DNA of 64,000 nucleotides. Origin: Kondoa subrosea (lineage: Eukaryota). A program made the translations under genes and the position numbers. Numbering within the stretch: the stretch's first letter is position 1; each line of letters opens with the position of its first letter. This document shows positions 39,150 to 56,161 of the stretch, in pieces. The stretch is taken from positions 186,001 through 250,000 of the forward strand of contig BCIN01000010.1 of NCBI GenBank assembly GCA_039545335.1, in the 5' to 3' direction. The notes beneath the pieces are model-generated. The model had not been told where the DNA came from and did no database searches. It saw only the letters and a list, made by a program, of their open reading frames with translations.

Positions 39150-39662
39150 TACTGCTGAATTATTTTCTTGGGTTGGGTTGGGATGCTCAGAGCGGAGTTC
39201 TACGCATTTGTTTCTCATACTGTACTATTATCTCTCGCATGTCAATATCATTGCTATGGTCCTGTAAAGTAGTTCTACAACCCTCCTTACCTCGGGTGGG
39301 GCTCGCGCATGCTGTTGTCGAAGCAAGCAAGCGGATCAGATCGGCCAAATGCGAAATTAAGTCAGCTCAGGCAATTACGTAATCAGTCATGCTAGTTATA
39401 AAACCACCGAAAGTATCAGTCCTGGTTACTGTATGAGGCTCGCAGTCCCTCTACTTGTCTTGAATAGCAGCAAGCTCAAATGGACAGCCTGGAACTGGCT
39501 TCACAGTCAGAACGGCTAAAAGCAATATGCGGTTCCATTTGCCTTCGCTCAGGAGCCGAGGTAGCGGTCGCCCTCCTGAACTTCTCCGCGGGTAGTCTTC
39601 TGTTGGTGTATATCTTTTTCTCAACTACTATCACATCCTCTCTATTGTACTGAAGAAACGAA

Positions 39663-42114
39663 ATGGCCTCAGGTTTGTGCTTCCCGCGACCTTGGCGTTG
39701 CACCAGCTGATTCCCTTGCAGCACCTCAAAGACAAGGCTACGCTGTATACAACAAGGACTCTAAGGCAGATCCTTACACATGTTCGTGAACATAAACTGG
39801 CAAGCAAACGCAGCCTGTCTGACCTATTGAATAGACCAAGTCGGTTTTGGAAACAGCTTCCAAAGCGAAGCGATCCCAGGCTGTCTGCCAATTGGACAAA
39901 ACTCCCCTCAGAAGAACAAATATGGCTGTGAGTTCTGCTTGTCGCGTCGACACCTTCGTAACTAAGCTGTCTACATTACAGTGTATGCTGAACAAGTGAG
40001 TCGTGACCGCACTCCCAGACTTGATAATTACTGATCTGCGCTCATAGTTCACTGGCACTTCATTCGTAGCACCAAGACACAAGAACCAGAGATCTTGGGC
40101 CTATAGAATTCGTCCTGCCGTCGCACAGTAAGTTTCTTCACCTAGTACAATCCCATAAACTCATAGCCTCCTAGTGCTGGTTTCACTCGTTTGCCAGACA
40201 ACCCAAACTTGGAATCTACCTTTTCAACCTTGAACCCTAAAGTCCATGTCTCGCCTACTCAAGTTGCCTGGACCCCTCTCCCAATGCCCAAAGATGGAGA
40301 AGAGGTCGATTTTGTCGACGGCTGGCGCACCATTGCAGGAGCTGGAGGTCCCGACGCAAAAGCAGGTCTTGCTATTCACAGCGTTGTTGCGTGAGTGTTG
40401 CGGACGTGCTGTACCGAAATCATACTCAATTTAATTGACACGCCAGTAACAAATCAATGGGCCGCCGAGCCTTTGTTTCAAACGAGTTCGTTTATTCCCT
40501 TGAATGCTATGCACACAGTAGCTGATTGCGTGTGCAGCGGTGATCTTTTGATCGTTGCTGAGAAGGGACGCTTGGATATCACCACCGAATTCGGTAAGAT
40601 GATGGTTGCTGTAAGTCTACAAACCGATTGCCCGTAACATGTTCACTGATTGGACTTGCTTCAGCCTGGAGAAATCTGTGTCATCCAACGTGGTATCCGC
40701 TTTAAGGTTGAGCTTCCAGATGGCCCAATTCGTAAGCATTATACATGCATTGTATTTCGCAAGGTCTCATTCCGGATCTACAGGCTGCTACATCCAAGAA
40801 GTTTTCAACGGCCACTACGAACTGCCCGAATTAGGCCCTCTCGGTGCCAACGGTCTTGCCAATGCTCGTGATTTCGAACATCCTGTTGCATGGTTCGAAA
40901 TCGATCAAGGAGGATGGGAATCCGTTTACAAGATCCTAGGAGAGCTTCATTCCTGCAAACAAGAACACTCTCCCTTCGATGTGGTCGCTTATCATGGCAA
41001 TTATGTGTAAATCCATCTTTTTCCTCTATTTTCCCCTCTGAATGTGCCCTGTAGTCCATACAAGTACAATCTCGACCGTTTTATGAACTGCGGCTCGATA
41101 TCGTTCGGTGAGATCTCGTCCCTGCCGTCCAGATCAAGTCTGATCATCAAAATCGGCTTTTTCAGATCATTGCGACCCTTCAATCTTCTGCGTGCTCACT
41201 GTACCAACCGCCGAGCCTGGAACACCTCTTGCGGACTTCCTCATCTTCTCTCCTCGTTGGGATGTAGCCAGGTAAGATTTTCTGATCGCAAGTTGAATCT
41301 GGGTAATTTCTGATAATCGTTACAGCCATACTTACAGGTAATCCACAACCATTGTGATTGGTCCCGAAGCTCATCTATATCCCGCAGACCTCCTTACTTC
41401 CATCGCAATGCTGCCTCAGAGTTCATGGGATTGATCAAAGGTGGTTATGGCGGACGAGTGAGTTCCCGTTGTGTTCAAAGATGATTCTCGCTCATCTGCA
41501 TTGCAGTCCGATGAGTTCCAGCCTGGAGGAGCGAGCTATGAAGTGAGTAGAGGAGGAGAGTAACTTCTGTTCGCTCATGTTTACGCTTCTTGACTGCCAT
41601 AGTGTGGCTTTGTCCCTCACGGTGTCGCATACGAAGTGGGTCATGTCATGTCATCGTCGATTTCTGGACATTTCTGATTTTCATCTCAGGAATTCACTGC
41701 TGCTTCTGAGATGGAGCTCACACCACAGCGCATTTCGGAAGGCGCTATTGCCTGCATGTGTGTTAGATTTATTGCAGCCTGGTTCGATGCTCATTTCTAT
41801 TTCTCACAGGTTTGAATCAAGTCTACCTTTCACTTTAACCGACTGGGCCATGAAGGATGCCGCCTCAGGTGGTTGCGGCGCAAAGCATGAGCATGACCCT
41901 GCCATGTGGCTCCCACTTCGAGCTGGCTTCCTTGATCGTGAGTGCATTTTTGTTGGTGAGAATGTTAGCCTGAAGTTTTCTTTTAGAATTGGATCAAGTC
42001 AACAAGGACCTTGCCGCTCTTGGTTTACCTGAAGTCAAGATGCCAGAAAATGCTCAAGCCGGCAACAAAGGTATGGATCTTGGTATCAAGCCTCAAGTCA
42101 ACGGAAAGCACTAG
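39663..42114 (+). CDS. HGD: Homogentisate 1,2-dioxygenase
   Basis: [87 protein letters not shown]. Confidence 0.95.
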
Positions 42115-42264
42115 GGGTTTAGGTCTGAGGGATCATGGTTACCATATGTACATTAGGTCTTAGCTTTTATGCATGCCGCTGTGTTTGTTCGTGCAATGCT
42201 CTATGACTTTAATCTTTCGCGACTTTGAGCCTTATTTCGAAGCAATCAACCCAACTCCATCGGA

Positions 42265-45137
<2,873 letters not shown>

Positions 45138-45388
45138 ATGGATATAACGAGTCGTAACGAGTCTGACGCTTTTGCATAAATATTCATAAATCATTTCGCT
45201 TGGCTCTTGACCCGTTCCAACCCAAACTCTTTGTCTGGCATGCGATAACAGCATCTCAACAGTCTTTTTGTGTGCTCTGACCCGCACAGCCGTACAAAGC
45301 GTTCCTGTGCACGGACAACATTCGCGCAAAGAATTGACCAGGCTCGTTTCCTTGTTTCATTGTCCTGTCGCCTTGCAAGTGTCCATCA

Positions 45389-47584
45389 ATGACGAACGAC
45401 AACTCAAACGGGCATCAAGATCAATCTGATCACTCCAAACCCACGCGTACGAAAGCTGCAGGGCTTAGCGTGCAAACGAGCAAGTTGCTGCACCCCAAGC
45501 AAAACGGCAGCCAAGGAGCACTGGGATTAGGGATATCTGGAGATCAGGACGAGTCAGTGAACGGCTTGGATAGCGGGAAGCGAACGTCTGTCTATCTACC
45601 TATCGAAGATCCAAGTTCACGTCAAGGCGTATCAACGTCTCAACCTTGGCTCTTTGCCAATCACGGAGAATACGACTCGTCTAATCCACCTAAATCTCCT
45701 TCGCAAATTCATCCAATGTATGCAGAACCCGACTTCTCACCTCCGACTATGCATCATGCGCAAATGCCTGCTTACACAGCTTCAGAAGTCACCGTCAACG
45801 CTTCGCATAAAAGAGACGACAGCTTTTCACCATCTTATGACCCTCGGAAGCAGCAGAGTGAAGAGAATGGATTGCTGCCAGTTAGACCAAATGTACAGCG
45901 GAAACCCTCAAGACCTTTCTACGATCAAGATGGGATAGCAGTACAACCGGGAGGGTCGCAAACACTCTTTGGCATGTCTCCTAGTCTCGAAGCTATGTTG
46001 GATAAGCCTTCAGCATGGTTAAGTCAGTCATTTTGCAGTGATGAAGAAGAATTTCAGGAGCTCATTCCCATGCAATGTACAGTATACTACTTTATTCTGA
46101 ATCTTGGTCTCACTCTATACAACAAGCTCGTGCTGTAGGTGTCTTGCTCATTGACATGAGTCTGTGCTGATAGACAGCGTCCAGTGTCAAATTTCCTTTT
46201 CCTTGGGCCCTCAGTGGGTGTCTTTCATGCTTCATCTAAGCGAATACTGATCCAGGCTCCTTTTTCTTCGTTTCAGCTGGTAAGTCCAGCTGAAAGATTG
46301 GGAATGGTTGTTCTGATCTAGATTTGACAGGCGTTCATACCTTATGCGGAGCAGGAGGAGCATTCTTCCTTCTTCAGCAAGGCGTCTTTGTGCAAGCTCG
46401 GCTGACAAGACGGGAAAACCTGACGCTAGTCGCCTTTAGCGTTCTCTACACTGTTAATATCGCAATAAGCAATCTCTGTGAGTTCGAGTTTCTCTTGATT
46501 GGCGGACTGCGAGGTGTTCTGAGCGCTTCTTTTCGATTAGCTCTTAATCTCGTTACTGTACCGTTTCATCAAGTCGTTCGCGCAACAACACCTATTTTCA
46601 CTATTGCCATTTCTATGATTCTCCTGCATAAGCGTTATTCACAAAAGACATACATCTCAGTAAGTGAATCTTCTGTGTCCACAAAATACTTACACTGACC
46701 GTACTGTCGTGCAGCTAATACCGGTCGTCGCCGGAGTTGGATTTGCTACCTTTGGCGACTACTCTGTACGTTTTTTTTTTTCATCCACCGCATCTGTCAA
46801 GATTGTCCTCAAGACTTTCGATAGTTTACCGCACTTGGATTCGGCTTAACAATTCTAGGGACAATCTTGGCTGCTTTTAAGACGATAGTCACCAATATGA
46901 TTCAAGTCGGCCGGCTCAAGTTGCACCCCTTGGATCTGTTGCTGCGAATGTCACCGTTAGCATTTGTCCAATGCGTGATATGTAAGTCCAGATCGAGCTT
47001 GCGCTTTGGGTCCGTTCTTCATATTTGCAATGGTAGATTCTTGGTGGACTGGCGAATTGAGTCGGGTCCGCGAATATGGAGGAACGCAAATGACATCGCA
47101 AAGAGCGTTGGCACTTTTTATGAATGGGGCTTTTGCTTTCTTGCTCAACATTGTCAGCTTTTCGGCCAATAAGAAGACGAGCGCGTTGACTATGACTGTG
47201 GCTGGTTAGTCTTTTTCATCGGATGCGAAGACACATAGAGCTGATGTGATGGCTCTTATTAGCTAATGTGAAGCAAGTGCTGACGGTATGTATTGCTCCA
47301 GAGTGGTGATCATGAACTCACTTCCCATCAATTGCTTGCGATTTGCAGATAGTACTAGCGTGAGTCTCAGAAATTACTCTTTCTTGAAACCTCGCTGATG
47401 ATCTCAACTCAGGGTGGAAATCTTCAATTTGCATATTACACCGCTGAACTTTTTGGGTATCGTTTTGACATTGGCAGGTGGTGCGTTTTATGGCAAAGTA
47501 GGCTATGACGAGAAGGTAGCCAGCGAGAGAAAGAGTAATTTGTTAGGAGGATCAAATGCTCAAATGACCGAGATCAAGTCATAG
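45389..47584 (+). CDS. Triose-phosphate/nucleotide-sugar transporter family (TPT) protein
   Basis: NLGLTLYNK, FSVLYTVNIAISN, VTVPFHQVVRATTPIFT, LHPLDLLLRMSPLA, SFSANKKTSALTMTVAANVKQ. Confidence 0.9.
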
Positions 47585-47756
47585 AAAGGGAGTCGTTAAC
47601 GGCAGAGGGAAATGTATGTATTACTAGAACCGCATGAGAAACATTACTTCATCCCACCAGAATATCAAGTCTTCGTTCCATCTTTGGACTAGGTCAAAGT
47701 CGACGAGACGAATTCCAAATTGTGACACACCGGGGTTGTTTCTCTTGTACGCTGAC

Positions 47757-49212
47757 ATGGCCAAAACGCTCTCGGATGCCCAAGACTACGAGCGATTGAT
47801 CGACCAGTGCGTTTGTATCGCCTTGCGATCTCCATCTAGCCTAGACCTCTCGTGCTTATGTTATCACGAAAGATATGACAATTGGCTCTTTGATTTGGAC
47901 GGTAGGCTTCTCAATCTCTACAGGGCTGCCTTACTGAAAGTCTTATGCTATTTGCCAAGGCGTGGTCTGGCATGGAAACACGCTGATCTCGGGAGTGGTC
48001 GAAGTATTGCAACACCTAAGGAACAAGAAGAAGAAGCTCTTCTGTTCGTGTCTTACTGCCACATTTAGCTGAGCATAAGTGACTGAACATCTGGCCGATA
48101 GTCGTCACCAACAATGCTACAAAATCTCGAGCGGATCTTCAAACCAAGTTTGACAAGTTGGGCATAGAAGCTCATCTAGTAAGTCAGAACACCATAGCGT
48201 TGCTATACAATTTGACAATGCTTGGTAGGAAGAAATCTTTGGCTCTGCTTTCGCTTCCGCGGCTTACTTGAAGTACAACCTCAATTTCCCTACGGACAAG
48301 TATGTATATATAATAGGAGAGAAAGGTCTAGAGACCGAATTGGACGCTGTCGGAATCAAACACAAGGGAGGAACGGTTTGTCTTGTATCTTTGTGCAGAT
48401 AGGCTCGATTGATAAATAGAAGAACAGGATCCTGAGGATAATGTATTTCTGCCATCAATGGAGTTTTCTAGTATAGTATCAGATCCTTCAATTGGTGCGG
48501 TCATGTGCGGCTTCGATGTAAGCAATCTTTTACCTTTTCGGGATCGCACTGATATTGTCTTCCAGATGCGGATGAATTACAAGAAACTCGCTAAAGCACA
48601 CAAATATCTCTTGGAAGATCCAGAATGTCTCTTCATCTTGACGAATGATGGTAAGGTCTCGTTCAGCCGTTGACTTTCAGCTTTTGATTATCTACTCTTC
48701 TAGACTCATCCTTTCCGGAGAATGGAACAGTATATCCAGGTTAGTAGTGGAGTGCAGATTTCTGATAACTTGGGCCTTACCTAATCGGCAGGATCTGGCG
48801 CTATTTCTGCACCTTTGCGATACGCCTTGCCCAAGCGGAAACCGATTGTTGTCGGAAAACCCTGTTCGCCCATGCTGGACAGTATACTCAAAACGTGAGC
48901 TTCTCTGTATCCTCCTGGCCGTCTCTGTGAGCGAAAACGCACGTGACAGGCATGAATTAGACAAGAGCAAAACAATTATGGTCGGAGATAGGCTTGATAC
49001 CGATATCGCTTTCGGCACGAATGGCGGGATCTCGACATTAATGGTTCTCACAGGTTTGTGCTGTAGATGAAGCGCTGCCAAGGAATACTTATTATCGTCC
49101 AAAAGGGGTCAATAAACGGGAAGACTTCGAGCAAGATGATGCGCCTGTAGTGCCTCGATACGTCGCCAACAGTCTTGGAGACTTCTCCGTGCTGTGCAAT
49201 AAAGCAGACTGA
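47757..49212 (+). CDS. PHO13: HAD-IIA 4-nitrophenyl/phosphoglycolate phosphatase
   Basis: WLFDLDGVVW, FVTNNATKSR, EEIFGSA, VVGKP, MVGDRLDTDIAFG..GGISTLMVLTG. Confidence 0.88.
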
Positions 49213-49642
49213 GCGGTGTTATTGTGTCAACACATTTGTCTTTCATCTCAAGACCAGGAAATCGCCTGCACTTAGTCAGCCTCAGTCGCTTTTCGTACTC
49301 AATTCTTTGCAGGCATGTCAGGCTTCAGGCTAGCCTACCTCACTGTGAATTCTTCAAGCCTACGCTCCATAATGCTGACCTTGTGCTGCATTACGCAGGA
49401 TTTGCGAGTTATATCGGCCCGTCTGATTACAATGTTACACTGGACGCTTTCAGACTCCTCTGCCTTGCACGCTTCTGTTCACTCATGTTTCTTTTTTCTG
49501 GCTCGGTGTTTTTCCGCCAGGCACCCATTTGTGGAAAACTTCATTTCGCGCGATCACTTCCTTCCGATCCGCTTGTTGTTGTGGTCAACCTACCGCCTTG
49601 ATTTCTCATAACATAACTATCATCATCTCAGCAACTTCAAGC

Positions 49643-51583
49643 ATGATATCCTACTTGCCATACCTCTTTGCTGTTCTAAGCATATGCGCAGCACAAACGG
49701 TAGTCAGCCAATTGGATCCTTTACATATTGGACTCAGTACTAGCCATCTCAACAAGAATGGTATAGCGATGGGTAAGTCATTGGCACAATGCGTACTGAG
49801 ATGAAGCTCATCACAATCTCTCGGATAGGCTTCCTTCCTGGTTATGTAAGTACTTTGCAATCTGGATATTGTTTTTTTCTATTGACTGACGTACATCACA
49901 GGGAGAGCCAATGCACCCCAGCACAGCAAGCTCACTCAATCAGCTTTTACCAGCTCCAATGGCTGTTGTCGGTTCTATTTCCTTATAGGGTGAGGCAATG
50001 CTTGACAGTGTTTGTTGTCTTTCCTGTTTAGGTAGGAAGCTATTGTCAAATCCTGGATTCGGATCCTACATTCTCACAACTGGATCCATATGTTTCTGAT
50101 CTACTCAATTCGACAACGGGGGAATTACCGGTCATGGCGATAGCAATGATGCCTGTTCAAGGCCTAAATCTCACTCAAGACGTCGCAAACAGTATTGGCG
50201 CGAAAATGGCAGAATTGAATGCTCTAAACATTACGGTATGGCTTCGGTATGCTCACGTATGTCGCAATAGCCTTTTCGATGGTATCTTGCTTACATCGAT
50301 GTTTTCAAGGAAATGAATGGAGACTGGTATGGTGAGCACATAACCGTTCCTTGATTCGAAATCAGCGACTGAACATAATCTGATTGGATAGCTTGGGGAC
50401 AACAACCCGACGCATTCATCCCAAGTTGGCAGCTCGTTACCGCAGCAGTAAGAGCGCAAGCTCCAAACACCTGTAAGTGTCCTGCTGATTAGCTGGCCAT
50501 CTCTGATCCATGTTTCGTACAGACATGCTGTGGTCTCCAGTGAGCCACAAATCACTTCAATAGCCACTCCCTTGTTCGCTCATGATTACGCTTCTTGACT
50601 GCCACAGAATGAAATGTATGCAACTGATTATGATGTTGCAAATCCGATAGGTGGATACTCAGCCTACTGGCCGGGTGCTGAATACGTCGATATCACTGGA
50701 CTTTCGTTCTAGTGCGTGTGCTTATACTTTGTCTTTGTACTTTGTCTGAAGCCAAACTTGCCAGTCACTACGGCGGGCATGAAAGGCTCAACAACTTTCC
50801 ACCTCCTGGTGAAGCCTTGGCGGTCATGTCGAAATTTGATGCAGTCAGTATATACATGAGCAGCTGACTCTCACTTACATGCGGTCGAGCAGCTTTTCGC
50901 TTCAGCTCAGAACAGATCTTTGGTCTTGTCGGAAACGGGAGCTGCCTACACTCGGGATAAAGATACTGGTGTGCCTGCGCCTGGCAACTCTACCGAGTCG
51001 TGCGTGTCAAAGTGACGCACTCAAAGAGAAAGCTGAAACCGAAATTCAGTGCTATTAAATGGAATTGGGTTGGTTCTACAGCCGAGACCCGTGACTTGTA
51101 TGATGACTGTTCTTTAGCTATGGCAACTTACTAGTGCCGAAATTGCTGAAGCGCTGCCTTTCTATCGTGCTCTCTGCTGGTTCGAGATGTGAGTTCTCGA
51201 AATAGAGAAGACTTTCCCCTCTGACCTCGTCGCTAGCATCAAAGATGAAGATGCGTCATTTGGCACAGAAGTAAAAGAAGAAGGTCTGCTTTATTCCCTA
51301 AATCAGATCTAGACAGAGATTGATCTACAGCAGATTTCCGCCTTCTGACTGGAGATCCCGACGTTGGCATAGGCGCGCGTAACTACTTTTTGCAAGTAAG
51401 TGATAGGATCATGTCAGAATGGCCTCTCGTTGATCTAGATCAATACAGGCGAATGTTATCAATAGGACAGCTCCAACCACGAGTGCTGCGGCCGATGCTC
51501 AACCTTCACACAAATCAGCTGCAAATACAAGCTTCCTGTCGCTACCAGTAGCCATTTGCGCCTTCGTTTTCACCTTGATGTAA
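49643..51583 (+). CDS. Secreted glycoside hydrolase family 26-like protein, probably GPI-anchored
   Basis: Signal peptide; VWLRYAHEMNGDWY, WGQQP, YWPGAEYVDITGLSFY, LVLSETGA, LCWFE; hydrophobic C-terminus; many micro-exons. Confidence 0.85.
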
Positions 51584-51780
51584 TTTTGCCGGACAGGGAT
51601 TTATTCGATTTTCGATGGACTTTTAACTCTATTTAGAATGTTTAGACCAATTTAGTCACAGTTTGCTGGTCTTCAATACTGATAGATATTTATTTGCTTT
51701 CGCCGTGACGCTGCAATATTTTGTTGATCAGGCTAAAGCTTCTCTTTCCACAGCAGTCATTTTCTCACATCCGGCGCGCG

Positions 51781-52775
51781 ATGGGAAGCTTATTGCGTGC
51801 CTATAATTCAGCAGCCACGCGGAATCCTTACAGGACTAAGTACGCGTCTGATCTATAAGTTCCATCTGTCCTGTACTCATGCTCTGGTACAAGCTCAATA
51901 GGTTCTGCAACGTGAGCTCTCTTATTGTAGGATATACTCAGGCTTACCTTATATGTAGCCTGTTCGGCTTAGGCGATGTGTGAGCTATTTGGCTCGGCAT
52001 GATCCAGCAGATTTTAGACCTAACATCGGTCAAGTCTCGCTCAACAAGCTGTTGAAAGGAAGGGACTGAAGAATCATGATCTTATGAGGACTGGTCGCAT
52101 CTCGTTATATGGAGGTATGGATCCATTGAGAAGCATAGCGCGCCGGTTTTGAAGACATTTACAGCCTGCATCTTCGCACCGCTGGTAACAACTTGGTTTG
52201 GAGTTCTTCAACGAGTGCAGCTTCGCAGCAAAGTCATGACTACAGCTTCACGAGTAGCGCTAGATCAATTTGTGGGTTCGACAGCGCCAGGGTGTGTAAA
52301 AGCTGTAACTCTCGACAGGCTTTCACACCTATGCATCTTGTGATCTTCTTCTCTGGTATGAGCGTTTTAGAAGGGCATGGCACAGCGGAAATCAAAAAGC
52401 GATTATCTTCAGTACGTTGGCAAAATCAATCTTTATAAATTCACTGCTGATGTCTCGCATAGATGTACCAACCTAGTGAGTTGAATATGGTCAACAGCGT
52501 ATACAGAGTACCTGATATTTGATAGCGCTCTTCCGCAATTGGGTAGATAAGATTCTGTTTTCTGTTTGGGGATTGTCTGATCTGCAAACACTCAGGGTGT
52601 CTTTATTCCAGTGCAGCTGGCAAACTTTGCGCTTGTGCCACCTTCCATGCGTCTGCTCGTCGTAAACGTGGTGTCTCTGTTCTGGAATTGCTACTTGAGT
52701 TACGCAAATGGTCAAGCGTCAGAGGTCGATCCACCATCATCAGGTTTCGCAAAAGTAGAGCATAAGGTGCTATAG
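51781..52775 (+). CDS. SYM1: Mpv17/PMP22 family protein
   Basis: LFGLGD..AQQ, HDLMRTGR, RVALDQ, NWGVFIPVQLANFALVPPSMRLLVVNVVSLFWNCYLS. Confidence 0.88.
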
Positions 52776-52822
52776 ACAGAGGAATACCCGTAGATCTAAT
52801 ACAAATGATACAAATTGCATTA

Positions 52823-54508
52823 TCATACCTCTTCAGCAGCGAGTTTCTCTTCCGCATCGGCAACGAGAAGATTTCTAATGGCACCCAAGAGCTTTCCAGA
52901 ATTGGCTCGGTGCTTCGCACTGCAAAGTATTACGGAATCACTTTGCACATCACTATTGGATCGCATCCATTCTTGTAATGCTGCTGCTTTCTCTTGAGCT
53001 TCTGCTTGACCACCGACACACAAGTCTGCTTTGTTTGCAACAACCAATTTCGCTCGCGCACTCAGACCAGTCTCGTAATTCTCCAATTCAGTTTTCAGCA
53101 CTTGCAGTTCTAGTTCCGGGTTGGGCGCTGAAAGATCCACCACATAGAGAAGTAATCTCGCTCTTTCGATATGCCTTAGAAAAGAGTGACCCAAGCCAAC
53201 GTTGAGAGAAGCATCAGGTAGTAGACCTGGGCAATCTGCCATGGTGAACCTAAAGACTTCTTCTTTGTCTTCTCCTCTTATCCGACGAGGTCTTTCGGGT
53301 ATAAGACTTGAGCTATCGAAACTCTGAGCAGTGGAAGGTGAGTCTAGGATGCTGAGGTTATTGAATTCCGCGTTGGTAGTGCCGTCTGCATACAAGACAA
53401 TTGTACCGACTTGGGGTGAGAGTGTTGTGAAAGCGTAAGGTGCGACAGTAGCTTGAGCATTACTCAGAGATCGCAACAAAGTAGATTTGCCCTGGAATCC
53501 ACGATTCAGCAAACACATCGATAGTGACATGGCTATCAAGCTAAACTCACCCTGTTTGGAAAGCCTACCAAGCCCACATCAGCTATCGTCTTGAGTTCCA
53601 AGAACAACCTCAGCATTTCTCCTTGTTTCCCTCTTGTTGCAAACTTGGGACTGCGTACTTCTCCGGAAGTGAAAGCAGGATTGCCTGTTCCGCCTGTCCC
53701 TCCTTTAGCTACCAGGACCGGTTGCATGTCCAGTACAGATAGATCACAACTAAAGTCTGCGTGCGTGGGTTTCTTCTTCTCTGCTCGCTTTTCGGTAGCT
53801 AAGAGAGCAGCTTCAATTTTAGCGAAATGTTGAGACTCGGCATAATGTTCTCCTCCATCAGTAGGATAATAGATAAACATAGAGTCTCTCTTCTGTCGTA
53901 GCTGCTCTTCGCGTTGCTCGGGCGTTCGATAAAGGTAGCGAGGACTTGAATGATCTTCTTCACTTTCTCTCGGAGGTAAAGCTCTGACCACAGTACCCAA
54001 CGGGACTTCTAGTACAAGATCATCCCCTCTCTTGCCATGTAGCCAACTTCCTTTGCCATTCTCACCATCTCGAGCTTTAGATCTTCGTTTGATGGTTCCC
54101 AAATCTGTCAAGTTGGCAGTAGGTTTGATATATACGCAACCTCCAGGTGCTCCATTTCCACCAGAAGGTGGTCCTTTGGCTTTGAATTTCTCTCGATGGA
54201 AAGCTACGCAACCATCACCGCCTTTTCCGCCTTGTACTTCAATAGTCAAATGATCTACGAATGAAGATAAGGGCTGCAAATCGCGCTGTTTTAGACAGAG
54301 TGTAATGCAATCAGAAGTTGTAAAGATGCACCTTGTTTCTTTTAGCTAATCGACTACGCCTTTGAGCTATTTCTCGTCCCCATTCTTCAAAAGTTCCATC
54401 ATCATATGTGAAATCTGTTGAAGTCGAGGTAGAGCTAAGGTATCTTTGCTTTGGGTATGTTCGTAGGGATATACTCTTGTAGCATTGGCATAAAGCAGTT
54501 CTTGACAT
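52823..54508 (-). CDS. MTG2: Mitochondrial Obg-family GTPase
   Basis: FVDHL..GGKGGDGCVAFHREKF, GPPSGGNG, LELKTIADVGLVGFPN.GKST, YAFTTL, DCPGL, GLGHSFLRHIER, NKAD. Confidence 0.92.
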
Positions 54509-54586
54509 GCTTCCGAAATGGTCGAACAGAATCAACAATGCAAATGTTCAATTATGCAAGATATGCAACTCTCTAACTACGTTTCA

Positions 54587-56019
54587 TCAGAAGCCAAATA
54601 CTAAATCTGATACTCTCGACAGCCTGAACAATCGAGCATCAGAACATTTTCCATCTGTTCTGAGCACAGGTACTCACACTCCGCTCCGATCCTGCTGAAC
54701 ATGAGCTTGCCCACTTGGCGTTACAAAAGGGTTATCCTGGATAACTTTGGCAGGTGTTCCAGGCGCAGAAGAGATCAAACCGCCAAACCATCTTCCAGCA
54801 GAAGCAGGTGCTTGCGAAGTTTTCCTATACGCGACTCCACCTAGAATAGGTACTGGTGTTCCTAAACCTGATGATGATGACTGAGATGTAGTAGCGACTG
54901 TCGATACTTGCGAAGAAGAGGATCCAGCTTCAGATAAATCTGGACCATTGCCTTCTGCCCATTTTACGCCAATCATACAACCCGCTATCACTTCTCCTGA
55001 TTTCCGGATCGCTCTAGCTGCTTGCCAGGGTTGAGCGTAATAAAGTGTTGCCCAATTTGAAGACGAAGGTTCGATTTTGTTGATCGGGCCGATCAGTCTG
55101 AAGTGATCCAAGATAGATGCTAGTTGTTCGGGAAGGAAGCCGAAGAGGATGATAGCGTGAGATCGAAGTGTGGTTGAAGTTTCGGCAGGTTGCGATGCAG
55201 TGCTTTGCATGGAATTTCAGCTTATTGAAGGAGAGACGAGTTCAGTATGAGTACGTACGAATCAACTGGAGTAGCTAGACTCGCAAAAGCAGAAGAAGGG
55301 GCAGAAGGTAGATCGTCATCCATATCATGCAACGAATCAATAGGGGGAGCATCTTCTGCGTCTTGTGCTGCTTTACTAGGCCCACCAAAGATCGACGTGT
55401 TCTGGTTGCGTTTGCTTGTGTTACTGTCGGTAGCAGCGAGATTTTCAGCTGAATTCAAATACTTGGACGCTAGACTGACGCTTTTCTTGTGGCCGAGCCA
55501 AACAAACTGCCTCTGCCAATTGGAGGCGATGAGCGATCTCGATCCATTGATTCATCATGCGAACTTGTATTTTGCTGAGCTGGTGATCCAAAAGTAGTTC
55601 GTGACTGCATCTGTTGAGGTGATTGATGCTTTTTGATTGGATCACATTTCAGCAAGCGATGCAATAGAGCCTCGATAACTCACCACTGCAGTTGAATTCA
55701 GATAACCAGGCATGTATTTCTTCTCATTGGAGTTAGACAGATTGCTTTGACTTGACGAGGCAAATGTAGAGTTTTGGAAACCGCTCGATTGACTCCCGCT
55801 CAACCATGGCTGTTGCTGCTGTTGCTGCTGCTGGTATCCTGCTCCCTGGCTATTCATTGGTCCTTGGCTGCCCATGCCATTGCCTTGCGAATTGAAACCG
55901 AAGCCTGTCGTTCCCTGAGTTTGTTGATATTGGCTTCCATTGAAGCCAGAGTTGAAGCTATTGTAGCCTTGCGATTGTCCGCCAGGAGATTGCGTCTGAC
56001 CGAAAGATTGCGCGAACAT
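54587..56019 (-). CDS. NUP53: Nucleoporin Nup53/Nup35 (MPPN RRM)
   Basis: YMPGYL, DAPPIDSLHD, IILFGF, SNWATLYY..PWQAARAIRKSG..I.GCMIGVKW; C-terminal amphipathic LSRVSDLVFGF*. Confidence 0.8.
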
Positions 56020-56161
56020 AGTTGGACGCGAGAACGTTGTTGTGAGACGAACCTTGAAAGCTGATCTGGTAGGAATGATTCTGAATAGGGAAAAGATATA
56101 GTTATCTTCTATGTCTGTACAGTTCTCTAATGCATCACAATGAGTTCCCATTCAAGTACAT

